In this document: positions 1-7,341 of the stretch, piece after piece | Position numbering within the stretch: the stretch's first letter is position 1 | How the letters are laid out: every line of letters starts with the position of its first letter | IMG/VR virus record: IMGVR_UViG_3300028392_000029 | Coordinates: 1 to 64,000 of that record | Direction: 5' to 3' (one strand) | DNA: 64,000 nt | Notes under the pieces: generated by a model | The model's input: only the letters and a program-made list of their open reading frames with translations | The model's database searches: none | Told to the model about the DNA's origin: nothing | Position numbers and translations under genes: made by a program

Positions 1-22
1 AAACAACACATAGGAGCGAAAC

Positions 23-373
23 ATGGGTTATTTTACAGATTGCGATTTCGACAGCACACACGAGATGCTGGACTGTATCAATGAAGTGATCGAGCGCAAC
101 ATCCGCAACAACTTCGTACAGCATTCCGCCTCGGACTTGGGACTAGACATTCGCTGTGGGCGAGTACTGGTTGATGCCGCAGACGAGATTATTGCTGTGC
201 CCAATCACAACATCCGGATGCTGGACTACTACGGTGGGTTCGAGTACATTACCGAAGGCGACGGGCGCCAGACAGTAGGCGACTACACTTTCTTTACCTG
301 TGTGAGCGATCGTGTACAGGATTGCTTCGACCACTTGAACGAAAAAGAGTCGGTTGACGAGTCTGAAGAATAA
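23..373 (+). CDS. hypothetical early protein
   Basis: ORF preceded by CA-rich leader and GGAGCGAA RBS at 13-20. Confidence 0.75.
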   Translation: MGYFTDCDFDSTHEMLDCINEVIERNIRNNFVQHSASDLGLDIRCGRVLVDAADEIIAVPNHNIRMLDYYGGFEYITEGDGRQTVGDYTFFTCVSDRVQDCFDHLNEKESVDESEE

Positions 374-382
374 CTGTATAAT
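354..382 (+). promoter_or_regulatory. sigma70-type early promoter
   Basis: TTGACG-N17-TATAAT, then AACACTTACAC leader and AGGAGCGAA. Confidence 0.85.
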
Positions 383-414
383 TAACACTTACACAAACAC
401 ACTAGGAGCGAAAA

Positions 415-909
415 ATGGGTACACGATCAATGATTGCAATCCAAAATCCCTACAACAAAACAGTTCGCGCAGTCTACTGCCACTGGGACGGGTACTTGGA
501 ACACAACGGCGCTATCTTGCACAAGCATTACAGCAACAGCCCTAAAGTCAACAATCTGATTGCACTAGGCGACTTGTCTAGCCTGCGTCAGGACATTGGT
601 GAGAAGCACGCCTTTAGCCAGTTTGAGATTGACGACCCAGTAGAGCGTGCCGCACACGAAAAGCTCACAGAGACCCAGTGTACATTTTACACACGCGACA
701 GAGGCGAAGACGCTCCGTTCAAAGTGTTCCCTACACTTGCTAAGGCAGCTGACTATTATGACGGTTGCGGTGTAGAATACTTGTATGTGTTCAAATACAA
801 GAAGAGCGACGACTATCAGTCGGGTGGGTGGCACTTTAAGAAGCCCGGCGGACGCTGGAAGAAACTTGCACCAGCTATCGCTCGACTCAAAGCAGAGGAG
901 TGCGCATAA
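415..909 (+). CDS. conserved phage hypothetical protein (MGTRS...YCHWDGY family)
   Basis: Recognisable N-terminal GTRS and YCHWDGY motifs; own promoter and RBS. Confidence 0.8.
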   Translation: MGTRSMIAIQNPYNKTVRAVYCHWDGYLEHNGAILHKHYSNSPKVNNLIALGDLSSLRQDIGEKHAFSQFEIDDPVERAAHEKLTETQCTFYTRDRGEDAPFKVFPTLAKAADYYDGCGVEYLYVFKYKKSDDYQSGGWHFKKPGGRWKKLAPAIARLKAEECA

Positions 910-1124
910 TGACAGGGTACCAATCAAAGAAGGCTATGGCCTATGACAAGTTGGCCAGAGGGGACTTGCATGACGAAGTCCTCAATCAAATCGCAGAGGA
1001 TTTGCAGGGTGGTGACTTGACAGCCATTGAAGAGCTGTTGAAGTTTGTCCCCCGTGAAAACTTACTAGCCTATCTATCAGAGAACACAGTAATTGACATC
1101 AACAACACCGGAGGTAAATGGTAA
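909..1124 (+). CDS. hypothetical protein
   Basis: ATG overlaps upstream TAA (TAATG coupling); GAGGAG upstream. Confidence 0.65.
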   Translation: MTGYQSKKAMAYDKLARGDLHDEVLNQIAEDLQGGDLTAIEELLKFVPRENLLAYLSENTVIDINNTGGKW

Positions 1125-1339
1125 TGAAGAAAGTTATCGTACGCACAGAGCTGATGCAGGAACTTGAAGTGCCGGACTCATGGGAACGCGAAGATGTATT
1201 TGATTTCCTAGCCGAGTACCAATCGTTCCGTACAGCGTTCCAGGGTGTGAGCAACGAAGATCAAACAGCCCGAATCATTGACTTGGGTGTGGTAATTGAA
1301 ACAGTAGAACAACTAGGTGAGGAGTGTTTTGATGAGTAA
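1124..1339 (+). CDS. hypothetical protein
   Basis: GGAGGT RBS; TAATG coupling. Confidence 0.65.
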   Translation: MKKVIVRTELMQELEVPDSWEREDVFDFLAEYQSFRTAFQGVSNEDQTARIIDLGVVIETVEQLGEECFDE

Positions 1340-1511
1340 GATGGCAGAACTGGCATATGATATCGAGCAACTGTATATCGAAGGGTACAGCCCTAAGGCA
1401 ATCGCAGTCCAGCTGGAGTGTCCATTGAGTGTAGTCTACGATTGGCTAGAAGCAACCAATGTGGCAGAAGCGCCACAGGATGAAGAGTACAGCCCCTACA
1501 ACGGCGCTTGA
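1332..1511 (+). CDS. small helix-turn-helix-like protein
   Basis: GYSPKAIAVQLECPLSVVYDWL resembles an HTH; GAGGAG RBS. Confidence 0.55.
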   Translation: MSKMAELAYDIEQLYIEGYSPKAIAVQLECPLSVVYDWLEATNVAEAPQDEEYSPYNGA

Positions 1512-1536
1512 CACTTTGGGCTTTTGATTGTATAAT
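1508..1536 (+). promoter_or_regulatory. sigma70-type early promoter
   Basis: TTGACA-N17-TATAAT. Confidence 0.85.
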
Positions 1537-1558
1537 ACATTTATACAGACAGGAGCAC

Positions 1559-1759
1559 ATGATGATCACAGTAGCAAAGATGACAGACGGTAGGATGGTC
1601 GAAGTCGTTCGGACTGCAGAGACTGTGGGCTTCAGCCCTGACAAAGGTTGGGTGATGGTGTGCTTCGACTTTGAAAAGGTTGATCGCAAGCGTGAGCACT
1701 TCAAGTGGGTGCCGGCCACTACCCGATTTGATTGGGTTAGGGCATACGCTTTTGGTTGA
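1559..1759 (+). CDS. hypothetical protein
   Basis: ATG after AGGAGCAC RBS downstream of promoter 1508. Confidence 0.7.
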   Translation: MMITVAKMTDGRMVEVVRTAETVGFSPDKGWVMVCFDFEKVDRKREHFKWVPATTRFDWVRAYAFG

Positions 1760-1784
1760 CAGGGTGTGCTTTTGGTTGTATAAT
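1756..1784 (+). promoter_or_regulatory. sigma70-type early promoter
   Basis: TTGACA-N17-TATAAT. Confidence 0.85.
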
Positions 1785-1809
1785 AAACACATACAGACAG
1801 GAGCACACC

Positions 1810-1950
1810 ATGAAGATTACAATCAAAGTACCAAAGAAGCACAGAGAACACATCATCCTGTTCTGTGCAGGCACACCCTTCAAGCAGAAGGTTGTTCAAA
1901 GTAAAGTTAAATATAAACGTCAACCTAAACACAAAGGCAAATATGATTGA
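1810..1950 (+). CDS. small basic protein
   Basis: AGGAGCAC RBS; Lys-rich, ends PFKQKVVQSKVKYKRQPKHK. Confidence 0.65.
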   Translation: MKITIKVPKKHREHIILFCAGTPFKQKVVQSKVKYKRQPKHKGKYD

Positions 1951-2185
1951 TATCGAACTGCACGGACTGAATGCACGGCAACATGTCATCGCCGACATAT
2001 TGTGGGCCTACGAAGATGGCAAGGATGCTGACCGCTTCATCCGCGGCTTGCCCACTGCAGAGCTTCGCAACGAAGCACAGGGAATTAAAGATCTCATGCT
2101 GATGGCCGCTGTGGAACAAGCCTACGATGGAATCAGTGATAACCCTGAAGCCAACAAGGTCATTGACAGGATCCGGAATCGATAG
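1943..2185 (+). CDS. hypothetical protein
   Basis: Start MIDIELHG overlaps end of upstream ORF. Confidence 0.65.
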   Translation: MIDIELHGLNARQHVIADILWAYEDGKDADRFIRGLPTAELRNEAQGIKDLMLMAAVEQAYDGISDNPEANKVIDRIRNR

Positions 2186-2191
2186 TATAAT
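2163..2191 (+). promoter_or_regulatory. sigma70-type early promoter
   Basis: TTGACA-N17-TATAAT. Confidence 0.85.
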
Positions 2192-2222
2192 TACTACTTA
2201 AACAACAAAAGGAGCGAACCTT

Positions 2223-2489
2223 ATGAACATTAGCACAATCGAAGCCTATGTAGAGCAGAAGAACAAATGGCGTTCTATCTTCAACCAAAAGCCACTGAGC
2301 CTGTTGAACGCACAGGATCGCCAGGCCATTGCCAACTCAATTGATAGCGAACTTAGCCCAGAGAACCTTACCTGCGATGGTGAACTGCGTGGCGCACAAG
2401 TGCGTGACAAGTTCCGTTATCTTACACGAGCCGCTGAGGAATTGCTCAGCATCGATCCTTCAGTAACCTTTTACGAAATGGGAGTCTAA
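2223..2489 (+). CDS. conserved phage hypothetical protein (LSPENLTCDGE motif)
   Basis: GGAGCGAA RBS at 2211; motif recurrent in phage early proteins. Confidence 0.75.
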   Translation: MNISTIEAYVEQKNKWRSIFNQKPLSLLNAQDRQAIANSIDSELSPENLTCDGELRGAQVRDKFRYLTRAAEELLSIDPSVTFYEMGV

Positions 2490-2490
2490 G

Positions 2491-2634
2491 ATGAAAGTCA
2501 TCTTCAATAGCCTGTTAGCAGGTTGGTTCATTGTGCGTGGTAGCCATCAAACGCCCATCTCGGGTCGCTTTGACAGCAAAGAGGCCGCTTTGGCACACCT
2601 TCGTAAACGCAATCCTTTACACACTGGAGTCTAA
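2491..2634 (+). CDS. 47-aa hypothetical protein (not in ORF track)
   Basis: MKVIFNSLLAGWFIVRG...HTGV*, GGAG RBS, fills the gap between neighbours. Confidence 0.6.
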   Translation: MKVIFNSLLAGWFIVRGSHQTPISGRFDSKEAALAHLRKRNPLHTGV

Positions 2635-2635
2635 T

Positions 2636-3220
2636 ATGCCTAATTGGTGCAACAACTATCTAGAACTAGAACACGAAGATCCTGCTATGATTGAGCGGGC
2701 CAAGAAGGCCTTTGCTGATGGCAGACTCCTAGCAGAGTTCGTGCCCGTGCCAGCAGATCTGCATGTGGTTGCAGGACGGGTTGGTAATGATGAGGATCCA
2801 GAACAGATCAAACTGGAAGAAGATACAGCCCGCAACATTGCCACACACGGCTATGCCACATGGTATGACTACTGCGTCAATGAGTGGGGCACCAAGTGGG
2901 ATGTGGGTGGTGAAGGTGATCAAGCCAGCCAGGATAGTCCTACTGACCTCTGTATGAACTTTGATTCAGCCTGGGCACCACCCATAGCCGCAATGGAGAA
3001 GTTCCAGGACTTGGGCTTCAAGGTCAAGTTGGTGTATTGGGAATCAGGCATGTGCTTCTGTGGTCTCTTTGATGAGAACGGTGATGACTACTTCGACTAC
3101 ACCGATATGAGTGCGGCTGAAGTGGCTGAGCATATCAATCCTGAGATCGACGAGTGCATGTGCATCGTTGAGAACTTGGAAACATGGGAAGAAGACAACC
3201 GTGAAGAGGAGGCCGAATAA
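2636..3220 (+). CDS. DUF1281/YubB ferredoxin-like domain protein
   Basis: MPNWCNN start, WYDYCVNEWGTKWD and FDSAWAPP motifs. Confidence 0.75.
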   Translation: MPNWCNNYLELEHEDPAMIERAKKAFADGRLLAEFVPVPADLHVVAGRVGNDEDPEQIKLEEDTARNIATHGYATWYDYCVNEWGTKWDVGGEGDQASQDSPTDLCMNFDSAWAPPIAAMEKFQDLGFKVKLVYWESGMCFCGLFDENGDDYFDYTDMSAAEVAEHINPEIDECMCIVENLETWEEDNREEEAE

Positions 3221-3342
3221 TGGACTTTTGGACATGGCTTGCTTCCTGCCCAGTGAAGTATGAAGTTGATAGCCTACAGGGCTTTGACGGAGTCAGCGTG
3301 GCATTCTACCCACCCTCTGAAGAAGAGGACGAAGAAGAGTAA
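3220..3342 (+). CDS. 40-aa acidic hypothetical protein (not in ORF track)
   Basis: MDFWTWL...EEEDEEE*, TAATG coupling, GGAGG upstream. Confidence 0.55.
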   Translation: MDFWTWLASCPVKYEVDSLQGFDGVSVAFYPPSEEEDEEE

Positions 3343-3345
3343 TGG

Positions 3346-3374
3346 TTGACTGCCTACCAAAAAGGCAGTATACT
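3346..3374 (+). promoter_or_regulatory. sigma70-type early promoter with palindromic spacer
   Basis: TTGACT-N17-TATACT. Confidence 0.8.
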
Positions 3375-3402
3375 TAACACTTAACAACAACAAGGTACAG
3401 CA

Positions 3403-3534
3403 ATGAAAACCACCCGAGAACTTAACACAGCGCATGAGGCCAAACAGGCCGATCGATTGCGTCCCCAGAAACCAGTCTACGACTTTGCGCCCCTGGAAGC
3501 AGTAATGAGGCAATGGATCAAGGCACATGAGTAA
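3403..3534 (+). CDS. 43-aa hypothetical protein (not in ORF track)
   Basis: MKTTRELN...WIKAHE*, directly downstream of promoter 3346. Confidence 0.55.
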   Translation: MKTTRELNTAHEAKQADRLRPQKPVYDFAPLEAVMRQWIKAHE

Positions 3535-3793
3535 GCTGAACTTATTCGGTAGGCCCTGGGTAGTATTCAATCCAGCAAACAAGGCACACCGACTCCATTA
3601 CCATAACTTCGTTATTACAGGTAGTTGGGGGCAGTGTCCATTTAGGTTTGTTGTAGATGAAGATCATGGTGATTTGGTAACAATGATCCAACGAACTCTT
3701 ATCCATTATTACACTGATAAAGAGTTCGGTACTGTGGTAAAAAAGCCACAAGAAACGGTTCGCCAAAAGCGGAAGAAAACGGTTGACAACTAA
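3527..3793 (+). CDS. hypothetical protein
   Basis: ORF; RPWVVF...WGQCPFRF. Confidence 0.7.
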   Translation: MSKLNLFGRPWVVFNPANKAHRLHYHNFVITGSWGQCPFRFVVDEDHGDLVTMIQRTLIHYYTDKEFGTVVKKPQETVRQKRKKTVDN

Positions 3794-3811
3794 CCGAAAT
3801 AGTTGTATAAT
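3783..3811 (+). promoter_or_regulatory. sigma70-type early promoter with palindromic spacer
   Basis: TTGACA-N17-TATAAT. Confidence 0.85.
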
Positions 3812-3866
3812 ATGAACATGGACAAGAAGTTCATATTTTTTAACACACACAGAAGAGGTATTTAAA

Positions 3867-4232
3867 ATGGCTACAGATAAATTGTTTACAGTGGTTGGCG
3901 TTTCTAAACTTGCAGGCGAGTACAAAGTTCGCTTTGCCAATGATACCATGCGTGTCAAGGTGCTCGAGAAGCACGGTCACGAAGACACACGTTTGGTCCA
4001 GTTGGACTCAGCGATGACCAAGTATGATGCGGTCAAGACCATTGCTACATGGCCTGAGTTTGCTGATGCCAGTGCGCAGTCAGCTATTGCAGAGTACTTG
4101 GATGAAAAGGCTCCTAAGACAGCCGCTCCTAAGGCTAAGACTCCAGCAGTTAAAGAGTTGGCAAAAGCCCTTAAGACTAAGGCACCTGCAAAGACAGCTA
4201 AGGTGCTTGAGGACGAAGACGCTCCTTTCTAA
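3867..4232 (+). CDS. hypothetical protein with Lys/Ala-rich tail (possible DNA-binding)
   Basis: GAGGT RBS; KAPKTAAPKAK-type tail; acidic DEDAPF end. Confidence 0.75.
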   Translation: MATDKLFTVVGVSKLAGEYKVRFANDTMRVKVLEKHGHEDTRLVQLDSAMTKYDAVKTIATWPEFADASAQSAIAEYLDEKAPKTAAPKAKTPAVKELAKALKTKAPAKTAKVLEDEDAPF

Positions 4233-4246
4233 TCAATGGTACCACA

Positions 4247-4435
4247 ATGAGCTTTATCCAGTTTGAAGTCTGGGCTACATTCGACGGACATGAACAGTTC
4301 GTCGAGTGTTTTCCAACCCTAAAAGAAGCAGAAGGGTTTGTAGAAGATGAGAGAGAGTTCTGGGATGAACTTTGGATCGTCAAGGATGAAGATGATTTGG
4401 AACCAGTAGAGATTAAACGAGTTCAGGGCCTATAG
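4247..4435 (+). CDS. small acidic hypothetical protein
   Basis: ORF; last codons overlap the tRNA 5' end. Confidence 0.55.
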   Translation: MSFIQFEVWATFDGHEQFVECFPTLKEAEGFVEDEREFWDELWIVKDEDDLEPVEIKRVQGL

Positions 4436-4502
4436 CTCAGTTGGTTAGAGCAGAGGACTCATAATCCTTTGGTCCCTGGTTCGAGTCCAGGTGGGCCCAC
4501 CA
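4426..4502 (+). tRNA. tRNA-CAU, most likely Ile2 (lysidine type)
   Basis: GGGCCTA/TGGGCCC acceptor stem, AGCTCAGTTGGTTAGAGC D-arm, CT-CAT-AA loop, GGTTCGAGTCC T-arm, encoded CCA; resembles ileX-type more than Met. Confidence 0.92.
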
Positions 4503-4507
4503 CACTA

Positions 4508-4537
4508 GAAAGGTGTTGTAGAAATACAACACCTTTC
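4508..4537 (+). other. perfect 13-bp hairpin (GAAA loop) after the tRNA; also an operator-like palindrome
   Basis: GAAAGGTGTTGTA-GAAA-TACAACACCTTTC. Confidence 0.7.
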
Positions 4538-4540
4538 GTC

Positions 4541-4569
4541 TTGACATCTTTACCAAAAGGCAGTATAAT
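4541..4569 (+). promoter_or_regulatory. sigma70-type early promoter
   Basis: TTGACA-N17-TATAAT. Confidence 0.85.
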
Positions 4570-4597
4570 TAACACATACACACAGCAAGGAGACAGT

Positions 4598-4816
4598 ATG
4601 ATGAAATTTGATGCGATATTTGATCGCAAGCATGGTAGCCTCTATGACAGAGGTGCCGCAGACAGTTACTATGGTCGCCCACGCGATCCCCATTGGTACC
4701 CTGAAGGTACTTACCGTGGCGAGCGTATCCAAGCCACCGACGAGCTAGACATCCGTGAGTACATGGAAGGCTATGACTACAATGAGCGGTATGGCGACAA
4801 AAAGAGTTGGGATTAA
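4598..4816 (+). CDS. conserved phage hypothetical protein (HGxLYDRGxADSYYGR)
   Basis: AAGGAG RBS; recurrent phage motif. Confidence 0.75.
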   Translation: MMKFDAIFDRKHGSLYDRGAADSYYGRPRDPHWYPEGTYRGERIQATDELDIREYMEGYDYNERYGDKKSWD

Positions 4817-4819
4817 CGG

Positions 4820-4848
4820 TTGACAGATTAGTCCAAAAGTCGTATAAT
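4820..4848 (+). promoter_or_regulatory. sigma70-type early promoter
   Basis: TTGACA-N17-TATAAT. Confidence 0.85.
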
Positions 4849-4881
4849 TAGCACATGAACACAAACAACACGGAGCACACA

Positions 4882-5340
4882 ATGGATTACGAAAACATAG
4901 TAGACACACAAAAGGGCATGGCACAGATGGTGGGCAAGACTTTTGTGCAGGTCACTGGCTCCGTTGGTGGCGGTGAGATGATGTTCGTAACCGCACAGGG
5001 TGAACGTTTCATGTTTGCTCACCAGCAAGATTGTTGCGAGTCAGTGGACATCAACGACATTGTGGGTGACCTCCAGGACCTAGTTGGCACTCCTTTGTTG
5101 GTGGCTGAAGAAGTCCGGGGTGCTACTGAGCCAGACGAAGAGCACTACGAATCCTACTCCTATACCTTCTACAAGTTCGCTACCCGCAAGGGATATGTGG
5201 ATGTGCGTTGGTTGGGTGAGAGCAACGGCTACTACTCAGAAGGTGTGGACCTGTTCGTAGAGGGTGTGTCAGGAGCACAAGAAGCCACTGGCACCACCAA
5301 CCTGGGCGAACTGCTTCGTATGCGGTTGACTGGCGACTGA
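4882..5340 (+). CDS. conserved hypothetical protein (HxQDCCE ... SNGYYSE)
   Basis: GGAGCAC RBS; conserved motifs. Confidence 0.75.
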   Translation: MDYENIVDTQKGMAQMVGKTFVQVTGSVGGGEMMFVTAQGERFMFAHQQDCCESVDINDIVGDLQDLVGTPLLVAEEVRGATEPDEEHYESYSYTFYKFATRKGYVDVRWLGESNGYYSEGVDLFVEGVSGAQEATGTTNLGELLRMRLTGD

Positions 5341-5354
5341 TTTGGCAGTATAAT
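5326..5354 (+). promoter_or_regulatory. sigma70-type early promoter
   Basis: TTGACT-N17-TATAAT. Confidence 0.85.
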
Positions 5355-5383
5355 TAACACACTAACACAGCAAGGAGCGAACC

Positions 5384-5578
5384 ATGCAAGTACACTTTAT
5401 CAACTCAGGTCTAGGCACTGATAGCGGCTTCAAAGAAGTCGACGTGCAGAGCTTCAAAATGGACCATGACGATGCACCCTACGCCATCGTCAGTAACCCA
5501 TTCTTTCCTGGTGATAGCCTACGTGCTGAGTACAACTACTTCAACGGATGCCTGCAATGGGTGGTTGACTTGGATTGA
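5384..5578 (+). CDS. hypothetical protein
   Basis: GGAGCGAA RBS at 5374. Confidence 0.7.
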   Translation: MQVHFINSGLGTDSGFKEVDVQSFKMDHDDAPYAIVSNPFFPGDSLRAEYNYFNGCLQWVVDLD

Positions 5579-5593
5579 TTTTGGCAGTATAAT
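5565..5593 (+). promoter_or_regulatory. sigma70-type early promoter
   Basis: TTGACT-N17-TATAAT. Confidence 0.85.
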
Positions 5594-5624
5594 TACTACA
5601 TACAGACACACAAAGGAGCGCAAC

Positions 5625-6008
5625 ATGGAATCATTCAAAAGCTGGGAAGAGATGAGCACTTTGGAACAGTATGCCTGCCAATACTGGGATATGTATAAGG
5701 ATGCCTACGGCGTTCGCCCACGCGGTATCGACACTACTGACTGGACAGAAGCCCAGTTTGAAGCTGAGTTCGTTCAGTTGGGCAAGACCATTGATGCCAA
5801 CTACAAAGAGCAGTTGGAGTCTGAGGCTAAGGCTATCCAGCGTTTCGAAGCACAGGTTGAGAGCTTTATCCAGTCGGGTGCTAAGACACGCGAAACAGCT
5901 ATCCGTTGGTTCCATGAGGCAGAGGGTAGCAATGGGGATGACGAGTACCTGTGCTACTTGTTGGGCTTGCCCTACCGCTATTTTGTGGTTGACGCGGTTG
6001 CAGTTTGA
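5625..6008 (+). CDS. conserved phage hypothetical protein (YWDMYKDAYGVRPR)
   Basis: GGAGCGCA RBS; motif common in T4-like early regions. Confidence 0.75.
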   Translation: MESFKSWEEMSTLEQYACQYWDMYKDAYGVRPRGIDTTDWTEAQFEAEFVQLGKTIDANYKEQLESEAKAIQRFEAQVESFIQSGAKTRETAIRWFHEAEGSNGDDEYLCYLLGLPYRYFVVDAVAV

Positions 6009-6017
6009 CAGTATAAT
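5989..6017 (+). promoter_or_regulatory. sigma70-type early promoter
   Basis: TTGACG-N17-TATAAT. Confidence 0.85.
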
Positions 6018-6050
6018 ATACACATACACAGCAACTAAGGAGCGAAACTT

Positions 6051-6194
6051 ATGTTACAAACAATTTTAAATGCATTCTATATAACTATAGAACTGTGGAT
6101 CTTCCTAGCAATCTTGGGCGCGGCCCTGTTAGTTGAAGAGGGCGTAACAGCCTATAACAAACGTAAGTTGGTTGACAACCCTACGCTTTGGTAA
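6051..6194 (+). CDS. 47-aa single-pass membrane protein (not in ORF track)
   Basis: MLQTILNAFYITIELWIFLAILGAALLV...; GGAGCGAA RBS at 6039. Confidence 0.65.
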   Translation: MLQTILNAFYITIELWIFLAILGAALLVEEGVTAYNKRKLVDNPTLW

Positions 6195-6200
6195 TATAAT
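6172..6200 (+). promoter_or_regulatory. sigma70-type early promoter
   Basis: TTGACA-N17-TATAAT. Confidence 0.85.
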
Positions 6201-6232
6201 AGTAACTTAAACAGCAACAAGGAGCGACCCAA

Positions 6233-6616
6233 ATGGCTAAAGTAAATTACGACAACTTCGCAAGTTTTGACCTTAACGAAGCTTGTGACCACTTTGACTG
6301 TACAGATCAAAAGGCCTGGAAGAAGATCCGCCCTTTCATAGTAGCAGACGGAACAGACTACGAGGCAGTGATGACAGAAGGCTTTGACTTCTACGACATC
6401 AGTGAAGAAGAGTACTCAGCATTTGATGCAGGTGTTAAGTATGCTATGACTAAGATGAATATAGCATTTGAAAAGGCAGGCGTAGAGCTTCAGATATGTG
6501 AAGTGGATTTGGTAGATGCCTCAGGCTTTATGATGGTTCGTTGCGATGACGAGCCAGAAGACTTTGTTAAACGAGCCCTTAAGAAGCCTGTCATGATGGT
6601 TGACAGTTGGGTTTAA
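6233..6616 (+). CDS. acidic hypothetical protein
   Basis: GGAGCGAC RBS. Confidence 0.75.
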   Translation: MAKVNYDNFASFDLNEACDHFDCTDQKAWKKIRPFIVADGTDYEAVMTEGFDFYDISEEEYSAFDAGVKYAMTKMNIAFEKAGVELQICEVDLVDASGFMMVRCDDEPEDFVKRALKKPVMMVDSWV

Positions 6617-6628
6617 TTGCAGTATAAT
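6600..6628 (+). promoter_or_regulatory. sigma70-type early promoter
   Basis: TTGACA-N17-TATAAT. Confidence 0.85.
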
Positions 6629-6662
6629 TAACACTTACACAAACACAATGGAGCGAAACATT

Positions 6663-6983
6663 ATGGTAACAGCACAAGAAATCCAAAAAGGCTTTGTCCT
6701 TGCAGAGAACGCAGGGCAAGCCATGTACCAACAGATAGGCGAGCGTGACGCTTGCGGCTTTGGTTGGGTAGACGTCTACGTGGATCGTACCAACTCAAAG
6801 CAGGCCAAAGAGTTGATTGCCGCAGGCTTCCGCAAAGACTACAAGCCCAAGTGCTTGAGCTTCTGGGATCCAGCAAAGGTTCCTACACAATCAGTATCAG
6901 TTAAAGAAGCGGGTGCGCAGGCTTTGGCTACTTACCTGCAGGGCTTGGGCTTGCGGGCCTATGCAGGAAGCAGGTTAGATTAA
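6663..6983 (+). CDS. conserved phage hypothetical protein (CGFxWV ... QS...KEAGA...SRLD)
   Basis: GGAGCGAA RBS at 6650; conserved motifs. Confidence 0.75.
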   Translation: MVTAQEIQKGFVLAENAGQAMYQQIGERDACGFGWVDVYVDRTNSKQAKELIAAGFRKDYKPKCLSFWDPAKVPTQSVSVKEAGAQALATYLQGLGLRAYAGSRLD

Positions 6984-7165
6984 TGATAGAGGCAATCCTG
7001 GGCTTTGCAGTCATAGCAGGCCTGGGCCTCATGTTCATCGAGTTGTTGGGCATGTTGGCTCTACTGTTCTTTGGCTTGATCATATTCATGGGTCCATTCC
7101 TGTGGATGAAGATACTTTTTGGCGTAGGCGTTGTGGTCTACTTGTTAACCAAGGGCATCAAATGA
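6983..7165 (+). CDS. small membrane protein
   Basis: Almost entirely hydrophobic; TAATG coupling. Confidence 0.6.
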   Translation: MIEAILGFAVIAGLGLMFIELLGMLALLFFGLIIFMGPFLWMKILFGVGVVVYLLTKGIK

Positions 7166-7293
7166 AAACATTCTATGCCCTAGCGGCAGTAGGGGCGAGT
7201 CTAGTCTGTTTAGCCACAGACAGTGAAACAGCCTTGTTCATGGCGGTATTGGCTGGCTTGGCATTAGTCCAAAAGACGTTGACTGGCGAGTAA
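7162..7293 (+). CDS. small membrane protein
   Basis: MKTFYALAAVG..., ATGA overlap with upstream ORF. Confidence 0.55.
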   Translation: MKTFYALAAVGASLVCLATDSETALFMAVLAGLALVQKTLTGE

Positions 7294-7307
7294 ATATCTA
7301 GTATAAT
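7279..7307 (+). promoter_or_regulatory. sigma70-type early promoter
   Basis: TTGACT-N17-TATAAT. Confidence 0.85.
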
Positions 7308-7341
7308 TACTACTTAAACAAACACATAGGAGCGACAGCTT

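Noticed and set aside
4426-4502. tRNA as a prophage attachment site
   Set aside because: No duplicated tRNA 3' end, integrase or host genes; phage-type sequence continues on both sides.
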